Below are positions 17,094 to 29,500 of a DNA stretch of 40,394 nt, in pieces. Position 1 is the stretch's first letter. Each line of letters starts with the position of its first letter. The translations under genes and the position numbers were made by a program. Under the pieces are notes generated by a model. That model searched no databases and had not been told where the DNA came from. It was given only the letters and a program-made list of their open reading frames with translations. Source of the stretch: an uncultured Hyphomicrobiales bacterium (GTDB lineage: Bacteria; Bacteroidota; Ignavibacteria; Kapaibacteriales; UBA2268). The stretch covers positions 1 through 40,394 of the forward strand of contig CAZPSM010000003.1 in the NCBI GenBank assembly GCA_964589125.1. Reading direction: 5' to 3'.

Positions 17094-20000
17094 ATGAGAA
17101 ACAAAATACTTTTTAAGAATTGGATACTTGTTATCCACATCTGTCTTGTGGGGTTTTTGCCAATTCTTGCCCAAACTGAAAATGTGGGAATTGGAACAAC
17201 GACCCCGGACAATTCTGCTTTGCTCGAATTGTTTTCTACGAGCAGAGGTTTACTTGTGCCTCGGATGACAACAGTGCAAAGGGATGCAATAGTATCGCCT
17301 GCGACCGGATTGTTGATTTATAATTTGGATAATCAACGTTTTGAATATTATAATGGTTCTCAATGGATTGCTGTAATTTCTTCCGTTGCCACCATTCCAT
17401 TTAATTTAATCTCTACGGGGACGAATACTACTGCAACGATGACCGTTGGTTCGGGTGCTTCAATTTTGTTAGGGGGTGGGACGAACGAATCGAATGTCTT
17501 TAAAGGAACTGGTTCGACTACCGATGCTGTTGATTTAGCAACATCGGAAGTTGCCGGCGTGTTGCCTATTGCTAATGGTGGAACTGGTGTATCTTCCGTT
17601 CCAGGCGATGGGCAATTGCTGATTGGGAATGGAACAGGATATACGGTTGCCAACCTAACAGCAGGAAATGGAATTACGATAACTAACGCTTCGGGGTCAA
17701 TCACAATTGCGGACGCCAATTCAGCCTCCGAAGTTACTGGTTCTGGCTCGTCGGGTCAAGTATCTTTTTGGAACGGGACAAATACAATCGCTGGTGATAA
17801 TGGCTTATGGTGGGACAATACAAATAAGCGTCTTGGGGTAGGAACAACAACTCCAGGAGCGAAATTAGAGATAGTAAACGGAGAAGTATGGATTTTTAAT
17901 AACAATCAGAATCCAAGAATTCTTATCGGCGACAATGGTACTACCGGCCAATACGGATTTTTGCAATGGGATAGCAATAATGATTATTATCGCATCGAAA
18001 CAACTGGTACTAATGGTTTGAAAATCAACGATAATTATGTCTCTATCGGGAATATTTATCCATCTCAACCTTTAATAGTAGGCTTGGGGGCTACCGAATT
18101 GTTCAGAGTGCAATCGGATGGTAGAGTTGGGATTGGAACAACTGCACCAGCACAAGCCCTTGATGTTGCTGGTAGCCTTCAGTTCTCGGGTGCTTTGATG
18201 CCAAATGGCTCTGCGGGTAGTTCGGGACAGGTTCTTAGTTCCCAAGGTGCGGGTACGTCTCCCCAATGGGTTTCTGCTTCATCGCTCGAAACCGACCCAG
18301 TCTATACTGCCGATACATCGGAGATTATTTTCGATGGCGATGCCGCTGGCGGTGATCTATCGGGGACATATCCGAACCCGACGGTTGCAAAAATTCAAGG
18401 TAGGAATGTTGCTTCGACTGCTCCGTCGAATGGGCAAGCCTATATTTGGAATAATACCTCGCAAGAATGGGAGCCGGGAAATGTTGGAACTGTTTCGTCG
18501 GTTGGATTATCAATGCCAACAGAATTTTCTGTTTCTGGTTCGCCGATTACATCGTCGGGAACAATATCCGTATCTTGGGATAATCAAAATGCCAATACGG
18601 TTTTTGCAGGACCTTCGAGCGGTGCACCTTCCCAGCCTTCGTTTAGAAGTTTGACAGATAATGATATACCCGATAATATTACCGCATCGAACTACTTACC
18701 ACTGTCTGGTGGAACAATGACTGGCTTGATAAATTTTGCAATGGGACAAACATTTCCCGGTACAGTCACCGGCGGTGGTGTTCAGCCTTACATTGCTATT
18801 TGGAGTGGAGGCTCTTCGATTACTTACGATACACGGTTGCAGTGGAGTAATTCTATGAATGCCCTTGTAGTCCAAAATTCAATTGGGTTGGTTAATCTTA
18901 GTGGATCCGGTTCCAATTATTTTATAACAAGTTCAGCACAAAGTACTGCCATTAACTATTATCTTCCTACTTCTTTGCCAACAACAACTGGATTTTTGCA
19001 ATCCGATGGAATCGGAAATCTTTCGTGGCAAACAATACAAACTTTGCCTTCGGGAACAAATGGCCAAACACTTCGATATAATTCCGGTTGGGAGGCGACA
19101 AGCCTTCTTTTCCACGACATAGCTAATAGCAGAATTGGGATAAACATTACTTCTCCGAATGCACTATTGCACCAGGACCAGGGAACTTCGACAGCAACCT
19201 ACCATAAGTTTACCGCTGGGACAACTACTGGTACTGGCTCGGGCGATGGTTTCGATGTTGGGGTTGACGGCAGTGGCAATGCACATCTCAAACAAAATGA
19301 AAACCTTCCTATGATTTTCGAAACAAATGGAACTGAAAGAATGCGTTTGCTTGCAAATGGTAAGTTAGGCATTGGAACCTCTACAATAAACGATGATTCA
19401 TTGCTTGTTCAAGTGAACGGAGATGTGCTGATTGATGGGGATTTGGTTGTTACTGGCACTATTGACCCGCAAGTAATTTACTACCAACCTTTGGGGATTA
19501 CTCCGTCGGTGGTTTCGAAGGGTGCTGTTTATTTCGATAATGGAACAAATAAACTTCGGCTTTACGATGGGACAGCTTGGGATAATATTGTTACAGAGCA
19601 ATCTTTGCCCAATGCAATTCAATCTACTGCTTGGACAACGACTGGCAACTCTGGATTGAATGAATCTACTAATTTCATAGGCACCACCGATGATGTTGGA
19701 TTTAGAATTAAGACAAATAATAGCAATAGAGTATATATCAAGGGAAGCGGGGAAGTAGGTATTGGAACAAGTAATCCTACATCTACTTTTTCTGTTCAGG
19801 GTTCAATTTCATACAAAGTTTCAGTTGTTACTGCCAATACTACACTCGACGATACTTACCACACGGTTTTGGCTAATTCGACAAGTGCTTTAACAATTAC
19901 ACTACCAAATCCATCTTCTTCGAATGTTGGCAGGACATACATTATAAAGAATATCAATTCGGGCGATGTTACCATTAGTGGTTCCATCGAAGGTTCATCT

Positions 20001-20531
20001 TCATTGGTTATTCGGCAAAGGGAATCCATCGAGTTGATTAGCAATGGTTCGACCTGGGTTGTGAGTAGTAGTTATCAACCTGTGCCACCCATTGGTTCGA
20101 TAATTGCTTGGCACAAAAGTATGTCGGGAACACCTTCTTTGCCTTATGGCTGGGTTGAATGTAATGGACAAACTTTAAGCGACCCAGCAAGCCCATATCA
20201 TAATCAAACGATTCCCAATCTGAATGGGGACGCTTCGGGAGCAAATTCCCCCGGATTAAACGAAAAAGCAGGTATGTTTTTACGTGGAGGAACTTCTTCG
20301 GGCACTGGTCAGAACGATGCTTTTCAAGGGCATAAGCATAGTATAACCAGCAATGCTGTATCTTATTCATACGGTGGGATGATGGTCGATGAAGAAGCCG
20401 AGGTAGATTTGCCAAGTGCCACTATTGAAGTTGGAAATCCAATTAGTGATGGAACAAATGGCACACCACGAACAGCAAACGAAACAAGACCAAAGAATAT
20501 GAGCGTTGTTTGGATTATGAGAGTTAAATAA
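17094..20531 (+). CDS. Secreted phage-tail-fibre-like protein with a C-terminal tail-collar-like domain.
   Basis: ATG 17094 is preceded by AGGA; the ORF track uses TTG 17082. An N-terminal hydrophobic signal is present (WILVIHICLVGFLPILAQ). There are six copies of the fibre motif (K/R)(V/L)GIGT(T/S)xP...L(E/D/S)V.G: NVGIGTTTPDNSALLEL, RLGVGTTTPGAKLEIVNG, RVGIGTTAPAQALDVAG, RIGINITSPNALL, KLGIGTSTIND, EVGIGTSNPTSTFSVQG. LPIANGGTGVSS is present. The C-terminal PIGSIIAWHKS...LPYGWVECNGQTLSD...IPNLNG...FLRGG...QNDAFQGHKH...ETRPKNMSVVWIMRVK matches the phage tail collar (PF07484-like) pattern. Confidence 0.8.
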   Translation: MRNKILFKNWILVIHICLVGFLPILAQTENVGIGTTTPDNSALLELFSTSRGLLVPRMTTVQRDAIVSPATGLLIYNLDNQRFEYYNGSQWIAVISSVATIPFNLISTGTNTTATMTVGSGASILLGGGTNESNVFKGTGSTTDAVDLATSEVAGVLPIANGGTGVSSVPGDGQLLIGNGTGYTVANLTAGNGITITNASGSITIADANSASEVTGSGSSGQVSFWNGTNTIAGDNGLWWDNTNKRLGVGTTTPGAKLEIVNGEVWIFNNNQNPRILIGDNGTTGQYGFLQWDSNNDYYRIETTGTNGLKINDNYVSIGNIYPSQPLIVGLGATELFRVQSDGRVGIGTTAPAQALDVAGSLQFSGALMPNGSAGSSGQVLSSQGAGTSPQWVSASSLETDPVYTADTSEIIFDGDAAGGDLSGTYPNPTVAKIQGRNVASTAPSNGQAYIWNNTSQEWEPGNVGTVSSVGLSMPTEFSVSGSPITSSGTISVSWDNQNANTVFAGPSSGAPSQPSFRSLTDNDIPDNITASNYLPLSGGTMTGLINFAMGQTFPGTVTGGGVQPYIAIWSGGSSITYDTRLQWSNSMNALVVQNSIGLVNLSGSGSNYFITSSAQSTAINYYLPTSLPTTTGFLQSDGIGNLSWQTIQTLPSGTNGQTLRYNSGWEATSLLFHDIANSRIGINITSPNALLHQDQGTSTATYHKFTAGTTTGTGSGDGFDVGVDGSGNAHLKQNENLPMIFETNGTERMRLLANGKLGIGTSTINDDSLLVQVNGDVLIDGDLVVTGTIDPQVIYYQPLGITPSVVSKGAVYFDNGTNKLRLYDGTAWDNIVTEQSLPNAIQSTAWTTTGNSGLNESTNFIGTTDDVGFRIKTNNSNRVYIKGSGEVGIGTSNPTSTFSVQGSISYKVSVVTANTTLDDTYHTVLANSTSALTITLPNPSSSNVGRTYIIKNINSGDVTISGSIEGSSSLVIRQRESIELISNGSTWVVSSSYQPVPPIGSIIAWHKSMSGTPSLPYGWVECNGQTLSDPASPYHNQTIPNLNGDASGANSPGLNEKAGMFLRGGTSSGTGQNDAFQGHKHSITSNAVSYSYGGMMVDEEAEVDLPSATIEVGNPISDGTNGTPRTANETRPKNMSVVWIMRVK

Positions 20532-20552
20532 ATTAAAGAAACCGAAGAGAAT

Positions 20553-23500
20553 ATGGAACGAATCGGGATAATTAGGTTGCAATCGAAAGTTAAACTTGTA
20601 TGTTCAGCAATCTTCCTGGTGTTTGTTACTGCTTTGGCAGTTAGAGGACAAGTTTATGTTTCCCCGAATGCCAATGTGTATTTCGGTTCGAACTCTACGG
20701 TTCAAATTAATACTAACCTAACTATTTCATCCGGAGCAACGCTTACACAAAATGGAACGGGCACAATCTATATCGCAGGCGATTGGACAAACAACGGGGG
20801 GACTTTCAACCCTGGCACCGGAATTGTGATTTTTATAGGCAATTCAAACTCGACAATCGGAGGAACGGGTTCGACTAATTTCTACAACCTAAAAATTAAC
20901 AAAACTACCAATGGTTCAGACGTTGTTCTTGTTGGAAACAACTTACTAATCAGCAATCAACTTCAAATAGACGATGGGGTATTCCGATTGGGGAATTCCA
21001 ATTATGTTAAAGTAATTATTTATGGTGATGTTTCAATTGCAAGTGTTGGCTTGTTTGATGTAATCAATTCTTTGCCAAATGCTTTCGATACCGTAAAGTT
21101 TGGAGGGAACTTATTTGTCGACGGAACCCTCGATTTCAATATGTCGAACGGAAAGGTTTGGGCGTTTTTCATCAATTCTGGTAATTCCGAACTTAGTGGA
21201 ACTGGAACTGTTGATCTTTACGAAGTAATTATGAGAAAAGCGAGTAGTTCCGATATGGTTACATTCAAGCGAAGTTTTTCGGCTCCCGATGGTTTCCTTA
21301 CCCTTGATACCGGTATTTTTAAAATAGAGGGAAGTTACTCGTTTTCGAATACATTTTTTAAACCTCAAACCGGTTCGGGCAATTGCTATATTGGGAGCGA
21401 ATCCGAATTCTGGCTCGATAATCCCAACGTTACCGTAAATGGTCAACCATTGGCGGGTAATCTATATTTACGAGGCAGCCTTAAAATCGCGCAAGGGACA
21501 GTGAATGTTGGAACCACGGGTGAAAGTTCTATCATCTACGACAATTCGCCCCCTAAGAAGTCGAAACTAACGATTAGTAGTGGCACTCTAAATGTTTGGA
21601 CAAGAATTTCGCCGCAAACCTATGGAACCAATCTGATTGATTTTGATTTTTCGGGTGGAAGTGTCAAAGTTGGCGTTGGCTCGAGTAGTAGCGAAACTGG
21701 TGTAGGCTTATTTGATATAAGTGCCTCGGGTTCGTCATTCAATTGGAGTGGGGGAACGCTCGAACTAAATCGGACAGCGAACAATAGTGTTGCCGATTAT
21801 GTTGTTCTTGCCTCGACGGGTACAGTTGGTGGCGGTTTATTGAAAATAGATGCGCAAACTACAAACCAAACTTTCGATATTAATACAACAAAGCCGGTAT
21901 ATGAAGTGGTGATGACTGGGACAAATAATCCAGTTGTTCGGCTTGTTTCGAATAATTTAACTATTTTAACTAACTTGACACTTGCGGGTTCTGGAACCGG
22001 ACGGTTCGATGCAAACAATTTAAATATAACAATAGGTGGGGATTGGTTCAATAATTTTGTCTCTGCCGATGGTTTTACTGCTGGAACTGGAACCGTTACA
22101 TTCAACGGCTCGGCAACTCAGAACATTGGTGGTTCGCAATCTACAAAGTTTTACAACCTGACCGTAAATAAAAGCGGCGGAGATTTAGAAGTAAATCAGC
22201 CGACAACAGTTGAAAATGATTTAAGACTACTTTCGAATACTATTGTCGATTTAAACAGCAACGACTTAACTATTGGAGCCAATGGTCATATATATTCCGA
22301 CAATGGAACGCAAGAAGACCTTTCTACATTTAATTCAAGCAAATTTATAGTTAATTCTGGAAGTGGTAGCAACCCTCTTGCGGGGGCAAAACTTATCCGC
22401 AGGGTTGCAACTGGCGTTACTTTACCTTTAAATTTACGGTTCCCCATAGGAACTCCGGGACGCTATTCACCAGCAATGATTACTTTTAATTTTGGTGGTG
22501 CAACATTCGGAGCAAATGCTTTCGTAAGTGTCAAACCTGTTCCGTTGGAGCATCCCGGTGTCGAACTGTCTAACAAGTCTTTGACCAAATATTGGGTGGT
22601 TGACGACAATGATATTACGTATAATTCACAAGGTGCAACCGTTAGGTTTTTCTATAACTTGTCGGAAGTTCAAGGAAACGAATCGAACTATGTGGTTCTT
22701 TATTATTCTCCGTCGTATAACGACCCAAATGGTTACTGGCGAGTTAATCCTGGGGTAAACAATTCAGTGGATGTAATTAATCGCTTATTTTATGCTCAGC
22801 AAATTGATAGTATAGCAGGGGATTGGACTGCGGGTGAAACCGACGCTGCCTATGCAACATTCTTCGCTCGTGCCGATGGTGATTTCAACAATGCCAATAC
22901 CTGGTCGAATGTCGGTTTCAATGGTCCTGCATCGTCGAAATACCCAAGCAAACCCAATCATAGGGCGAGAATTCAAGACCACGAAATATCTGTAAATGCG
23001 AATATTCCACCTTTGAATTTGCTTTCGGTAGAAGATGGAACCGAAGGGCGCCAGCCCGGTAAATTAACTTTTACTAACGATTATTATGTTCAAGGCGATA
23101 CCTTCCGGATAGAGCAAAATACAAAACTGAAAGTTTCGCATTCTAATGGAATTGCTGCGGTACCGACAAACGCTGGTTGCGTTCGAACCACTGTTCGCAA
23201 TCTTTCTTCGGCTGTTGTTTATGAATTTACTGGAACTGGTTCACAATCAACGGGCGATGGGATTCCCAATATTGTGCGTGGTTTTGTTGTTTCCAAACCA
23301 GCCAATCAAGTATTGACATTGGGTAAATCTGTTCAAATTTCCGATTCCCTTGTTATTAACGATGGTGTATTGGATTTAGCCAGTTATAATTTGAATGGAC
23401 AATCGGGTGGTCAGACTTTGACAATGCGTGGTGGCGAGATGATTATTCGCCAATCATTTCCAACAAATTATACTGCTCCGTCCTTTACTGTTGGTAGAAT

Positions 23501-26500
23501 AACATTCGATGGAACCGGGAATGTAACTATTCCAAGTTCTGGTTCTTCACCCGCTGTTTTACAGTACTATGATTTGAAAATTGCTGGAAATACTCGTTCC
23601 GGTAATGTTACGTTTGCTTCCTCGGGCGAAATTAGAGTTAAGAACCAACTCGATATATCCAGTTTGTCTTTTTCAAACAATACATATAGATTTTTTACAA
23701 ATGGCTCTACTGTTCGATTTAACAAAAGTGGTGGGGTACAAAATATTCCGTTGCAACCTTCCTCGCCTTCGGATTCCTCCGTTTTTCTCGAGTATTATAA
23801 CTTAATTATCGATAGTTCAGGCACAAAGCAATTGACCGCATCGGGTACACCTACTTTTAAAGTCTTAAACAATCTTAAAATTGATAATGGGGCAACTTTT
23901 TCCACAAATAATTTTAGTCTTGAAGTGCAGGGAAATTGGGAGAATTCGAATGGTTCGGTTTTCGTTCCAGGAACAGCATCCGTCATTTTTCGTAACCCAA
24001 ATCCTTTAACAACGACTACTATAACTTCGCGAGACACAACAGATAACCCCTTCAATAATGTTGTAATCGCTGGGAGCGGTATAGTAAAACCTTTGGATGA
24101 TATTAAAATTCAAGGAAATTTACTGATTTCTTCGGGCTCAACATTGGAAATGACATCTAATTTGATGTCTTTGTATGGGAATTGGACAGACCAAGGTGGA
24201 ACATTTACTTATGGGACATCGACAGTTATGTTTACTGGAACGTCAACCCAATATATCACCCGAACCTCGGGTAATTCAAACTTTTATAATATAATTGTTC
24301 GAAATACAGCCAATGTCGATGGGAGTGGTGTTGGTTCAACAACAGATGGGATTGTTGTGAACAACAACTTAGTGCTTGATGCTGGTAATCTACGAACCCA
24401 TATTGGGACAAACTTCCGATTTGTTACCGTGCTTGGTTCTTTGAACCGTCCCGGCGGCGGGTATGTCGATGGCGAGTTAAGAAAAACAGTAGGAACCGGA
24501 ACTACTTCCGTAACTTTTGAGGTTGGTTATGGTAGTCGTTATACCCCGGTTCAAATAGATTTTTATGGGAGTGGTGGGGCATCTGGCTTGCTTGGAGTAT
24601 TAAGCGATACTATTCATACAACAACTTCACCGATTAGTTGGCAAGGAGACCCACCAACAGATTTGTTGCCATCGGGAAGTGAAATGAGCCCGAACAAACA
24701 CGTAGCAAGACAATATTCTATTACAATTCCATCGGGAAGTTCTTTTGCTTTGGGTGGTTCAAGGAAATATAACGCTACCTTTACGTTCGTTGGAACGGCT
24801 GCACCCAACGGGGACTTACGTAATGGTGCAAATACTTCTTTATTCGAAGCTCGCTTACGTGCAGGTTCAAATTGGATAGGTCCATTCTACTATGGAACTT
24901 ATCCTTTGATGGGGGTAAGGAATGCAAATACTGCTGAATTCGACAGCCTTGTAGATTTCGGAACTTTTGTAGTTGGTGAACCGGCTGTGCTTACCTTCTA
25001 TACTCGTGCGAATGGCAATTGGACCACTATAAGTAATTGGTCGACCCAAGGTTACGGGGGTTCTCCGGCCCCGGAATATCCTGGACAAAGTAGTAACAAT
25101 TTTAGAGCATATATTGGGAATGGCAATACTATTACTTTTAACCAGAATGTAATAGTAAACACCTCTTCTCCATATTCTGGGTGGGTTCAGGTAGATTCAA
25201 GTGGATTGTTAGATTTCGATACTTATGTGCTTTCTGGAACTGGTGAGTTTCGTCTTGCTAAGAATGGAGCTGTGCGGACCGCTAATGTCAATGGATTTCG
25301 TGCTGTTGGAGCCTTAGGAAGCGTTCAAACAACAACTCGAAACTATGATTATGGTAGCCACGGACGTGCCCATTTCATATATTCGGGGAATCAGAACCAA
25401 ACCCAAGCGAACGAAGCCATTCCAACAAGTGTCGGTTCGTTGACCGTCGATAAAACTGCAAATACTTTGACGTTTAACCGTAGCACTACAATACTCGACA
25501 GCATTTTCATCAAGCAGGGAAGTATGACGCTTGGGGCAAATATTACAGTTAATGGTAATTTCCGAAGGAATTCAGGTACTACCTTCAACCCTGGAACAAC
25601 TACCATTACATTTTCTGGACTTAATGGGGATACAATTTCCAATTTAGATAGTAATCCTTTGAATTTTTATAACTTAACGCTTGCGAAAGCCAGTGGAAGC
25701 GGCGATGTTGTCCTTTCTCAAAATTCAGCGATTCAAATTTCGAACAACTTAACATTTTCGACTGCTGGAAGCAACAAATCGCTTATTAATGCTCGTAGTT
25801 ATTCTGGAACTTATGTGATAATGGGACAAACTGCTACCGTGTCGAACGCAAGCAATGCTCGTGGCTGGGTTAATGGTGAATTACGGAAATATATTCAATC
25901 GGGGGATGCCCCAGCGGTTACTTTCGAAGTGGGTGATAGTTTAAGATACTCCCCATTTTTGATTGATTTTCGCTCCGGTTCCAACAGTGGTTCTGCTGGT
26001 TACCTTGCTGTGAAGGTATTTCCCGGACGGCATCCGTATATGGATTTAGCCTATAATCCCCCAATTGCACCAAGTAGGTTGATTGGACCTAAATGGTGGC
26101 GACTTACAAAGCCAAACGGCTCGACTTTCCAGCGGGGGAATAGAAACTTCGACCCACGGGTTTATTTTGTTGTTCCTGGCGATGATGCTAATGTTGATTA
26201 CTGGGGTTGTGCAGATTTGACTTACCTTCGAGAATGGACAGCGGATGTCGATTGGCAACCACTTTATCCAAATTCTACTCTAAGCAACGATGGGGCTTTT
26301 GGTTGTGGGGATACTCGAAATGCTGCACTGACACCAAATTTTACTTATTCTGGTGCTTTGAGCGGTGGATTGGCTTATGTAAATGTTGCTAACGTTAATA
26401 CTTCATTCGGTTCGACCGAGTTTATCGGAAGCGACACTCTTTTGGGCGATTTTGTTGCTGGAAACCAAAACTCTATTGCGAGATTCTATGAGTTCTATAG

Positions 26501-29500
26501 TATTCGCGATGGTGATTGGACAGACCCTGCAACCTGGTCCACGGTCTCGCTTGCCGATACAGTAAACCCGACCAATCTTGCAGCAAGCGATACTACCGGC
26601 GGTAGAAACCGAATTATCTATGGTTTCCCACGTAGGCAATACGATAATGTAATTATTGGGAATAGGAAACGTGTTCGGCTCGATGCGAATATAGGGACTA
26701 ATACGCTAACTACTTTATCGACCTACGAGTTAAACGCTCTTGCCGGTCCATCGGTAGTAGTTCTTGATTCCGGGATTTTAGATTTAAATTATCACGTTTT
26801 ACGTGGCAATGCTTTTGCTGTCCGCAATGGAGGAAAATTGATTTCGGGTAGTACTTCCGGTATTACAACCGGAAACTCGGGTAATATCAATCTTTATCCA
26901 GGGGTATCGCCGAGTTATAGCGATAGTATTTCTATTGTGTATTCTGCCGAAGGCTATACAAGCGACGTTGCTCGATATTTTACAACCTGGCCTGCTCGCG
27001 ATGGCACCACCTATTATCTTGAGCGTGTCGCTGTGCGCAATGCTTCGGACAATAGCTTGATAATGGATAATATAACACTCGATACACTTACGCGCTCGAT
27101 TCGCTGTATCAATATCTATATCCACAAAAAGGCAGTGTTGACGGCAGGCTCTTCCTATTACTTGCAAATTGACCCATCGAACACCGGGGGACAGCGCCGA
27201 TACAAAATTTGGATTGATTATAACAGAGATGGCGACTACCTTGACGCAGGTGAGCAAGTAATTAACCAAACATCAAATTCTAACACTTTATTTAATACAA
27301 GTAGTTTTACTGTTCCAACGGGAACAACCCCTGGTTCTACTCAAATGAGGGTTGGAATGCAAAATGGAACCGGAGACTATGGTCCAACAGCAAGTGGAAC
27401 AGGCGAGTTCGAAGAATATACGGTCGATATTATAAATACAAATCCAACGATAACACAATCTACTGGGAATGGATTACCAAATATTCTGCGTTCCATCGAA
27501 GTGCATTCGCCCCGAAATGGTAGTATTGTCCAATTGGGTAAATCAATTACCGTCCTCGATTCAGTTCGCATCCGTAGTGGTCAACTTCAGGCACAAGCAA
27601 ATAACATTACTTTATATGGTGATTTTGTATCCGATACAGCAAATGGTTTTAGTCCGGGAACAGGGAGTGTTTATTTCCGTAACCATACAACTTCAAATAT
27701 TCGTGGAACAGCAACTAATATAGCGTTCAACAATATATATTTACAGAAATCGGCAATTGATACTCTTAACGTTCGGATGAACATTATCGTTGCTGGAACC
27801 TTGCGAATGGATTCACTGAATATTATTAACCTTTCCGATAACACAAATATTTCTTTCTCTGCTCCAGCTACTTTGACCTATACCGGTTCGGCATTTTCGA
27901 ACCGGAAGATGATTAAAGTCTCAGGCGGGGCAAATACAGGAACTGTTACTAAAAACTTCCAAACTGGAAGTGGAGTTACAAGGACGTTCGCCTTTCCGCT
28001 TGGCATCGATACCGTATTTAATATGGCAAATATTTCGATAACGGGCAATTTCACCGGAACCCCCTCGTTGGAAATGATTCTAAGAGGTGCTCAACATCCA
28101 AATCGGCAAAATGATTACATTCTGAAAAAGTATTGGACAGTTAATCCAACTGGGATTAGCAATATCACTGCTTCCACTTATGAATTCGATTTCTTCGGGG
28201 TCGATACTTCTGGCGATGTATCGAGATATATCCCTGCTCGGTATAAAAGCGGTTCTGGTTGGGAAATAAATCTTGGTCCGAGCCCCAATATTTCGAATAT
28301 TTCCTATGGTTATAGAATTCAAATTGTAAACGATACAAGTTATAATGGTTCAAAACTTGCCGGGGATTGGACGGCGGGTGACCCTACCGCATTTTTCAAT
28401 GGCCTTGTGTTCTATTCGAGAGCCTCGGGTGGTTGGGGAACACCCTCTAATTGGTCAATCGATGCAGTAGCAAAGCACAACGGTCCGCCAGCCTCTTATT
28501 ATCCGGGACAATTATATATTCAAGACACTGTGAATATCGATGGGCATACAATCTATTATAATGTTCAAAATGTAGAAATTGATTCTTTGCGTTTAGGCGG
28601 GACTAATGCGTCACCGAATCCCGGCCAACTTCTGTTCGATTCCACAGCAAACAACAAAGTGTTAAAGACTCGACAACTTTTCATAGACAACGAGAACGTA
28701 ACTATTCAGACTTCTGGTTGGGCTGCTTTATTACCACGTAAAAAAGTTGATACATTAATAATTACACAAAATTTGATTCATAATGGGAGTGGTTCGACCG
28801 GATTTAACCTATTCCCACAATTTTCGGCAAACGATAGCGACTATGTTGTGCTTAAGTTTGCTGGGAGTGGAAATTCACGGATTTCGGGACCTGGGCCTTG
28901 GTCGTCGATGCGAAGCCTTGTAATTGCAAAGAACGGTGGTTTATCCGATTCGGTCTTTGTCGAAACCAGTGCATTGTGTAACTTTTCGAGTAATTCAACT
29001 AAACACTTTTTTAAATTTGATGGTGGAGTATTAGTTCAAAATACTACTTCAAGCCCAAACAATCTATATATCTCTGGCTTTGATTTGCTGCCGGTATCTA
29101 TGAGTTCAAATTCTGGATTAAGTATTTTTGATGGCTCGGTGCGGTCCCGAGCAACTATAACTACAAGTGCCAACACAATAATTCATCTGCGAAAGGGAGA
29201 TTTGTATGTTGGAGAAGCCCATCCTTTGAGTACAATTTATGGTAGTTTCCTTTATAATACTGGTACAACTGTAAGAATTGATACTGGAACTTTCAACGTT
29301 GCTCGTGCATTTGCTCGTGTGGAAACTAATTCCACGGTTGATTTCACACTTCAACCCGCCGGAATTGTAAAAGTGAATACCGTCGGTTTGGGAAGTTACG
29401 ACCCGACGAAAATCGGGTTCGATATTAGTAATTCTGGCTCCTCATTTACAATGACCGGAGGACGAATTATCGTTACTAATGCACTTGGGACATCGCCTTC

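Noticed and set aside
17094-20531. A prophage or tailocin, suggested by the tail-fibre/tail-collar protein
   Set aside because: No other phage hallmark was recognised among the window's ORFs (terminase, portal, capsid, sheath, baseplate, integrase, lysis genes). The protein carries a signal peptide. Its neighbours are regulators and cellular exoproteins.
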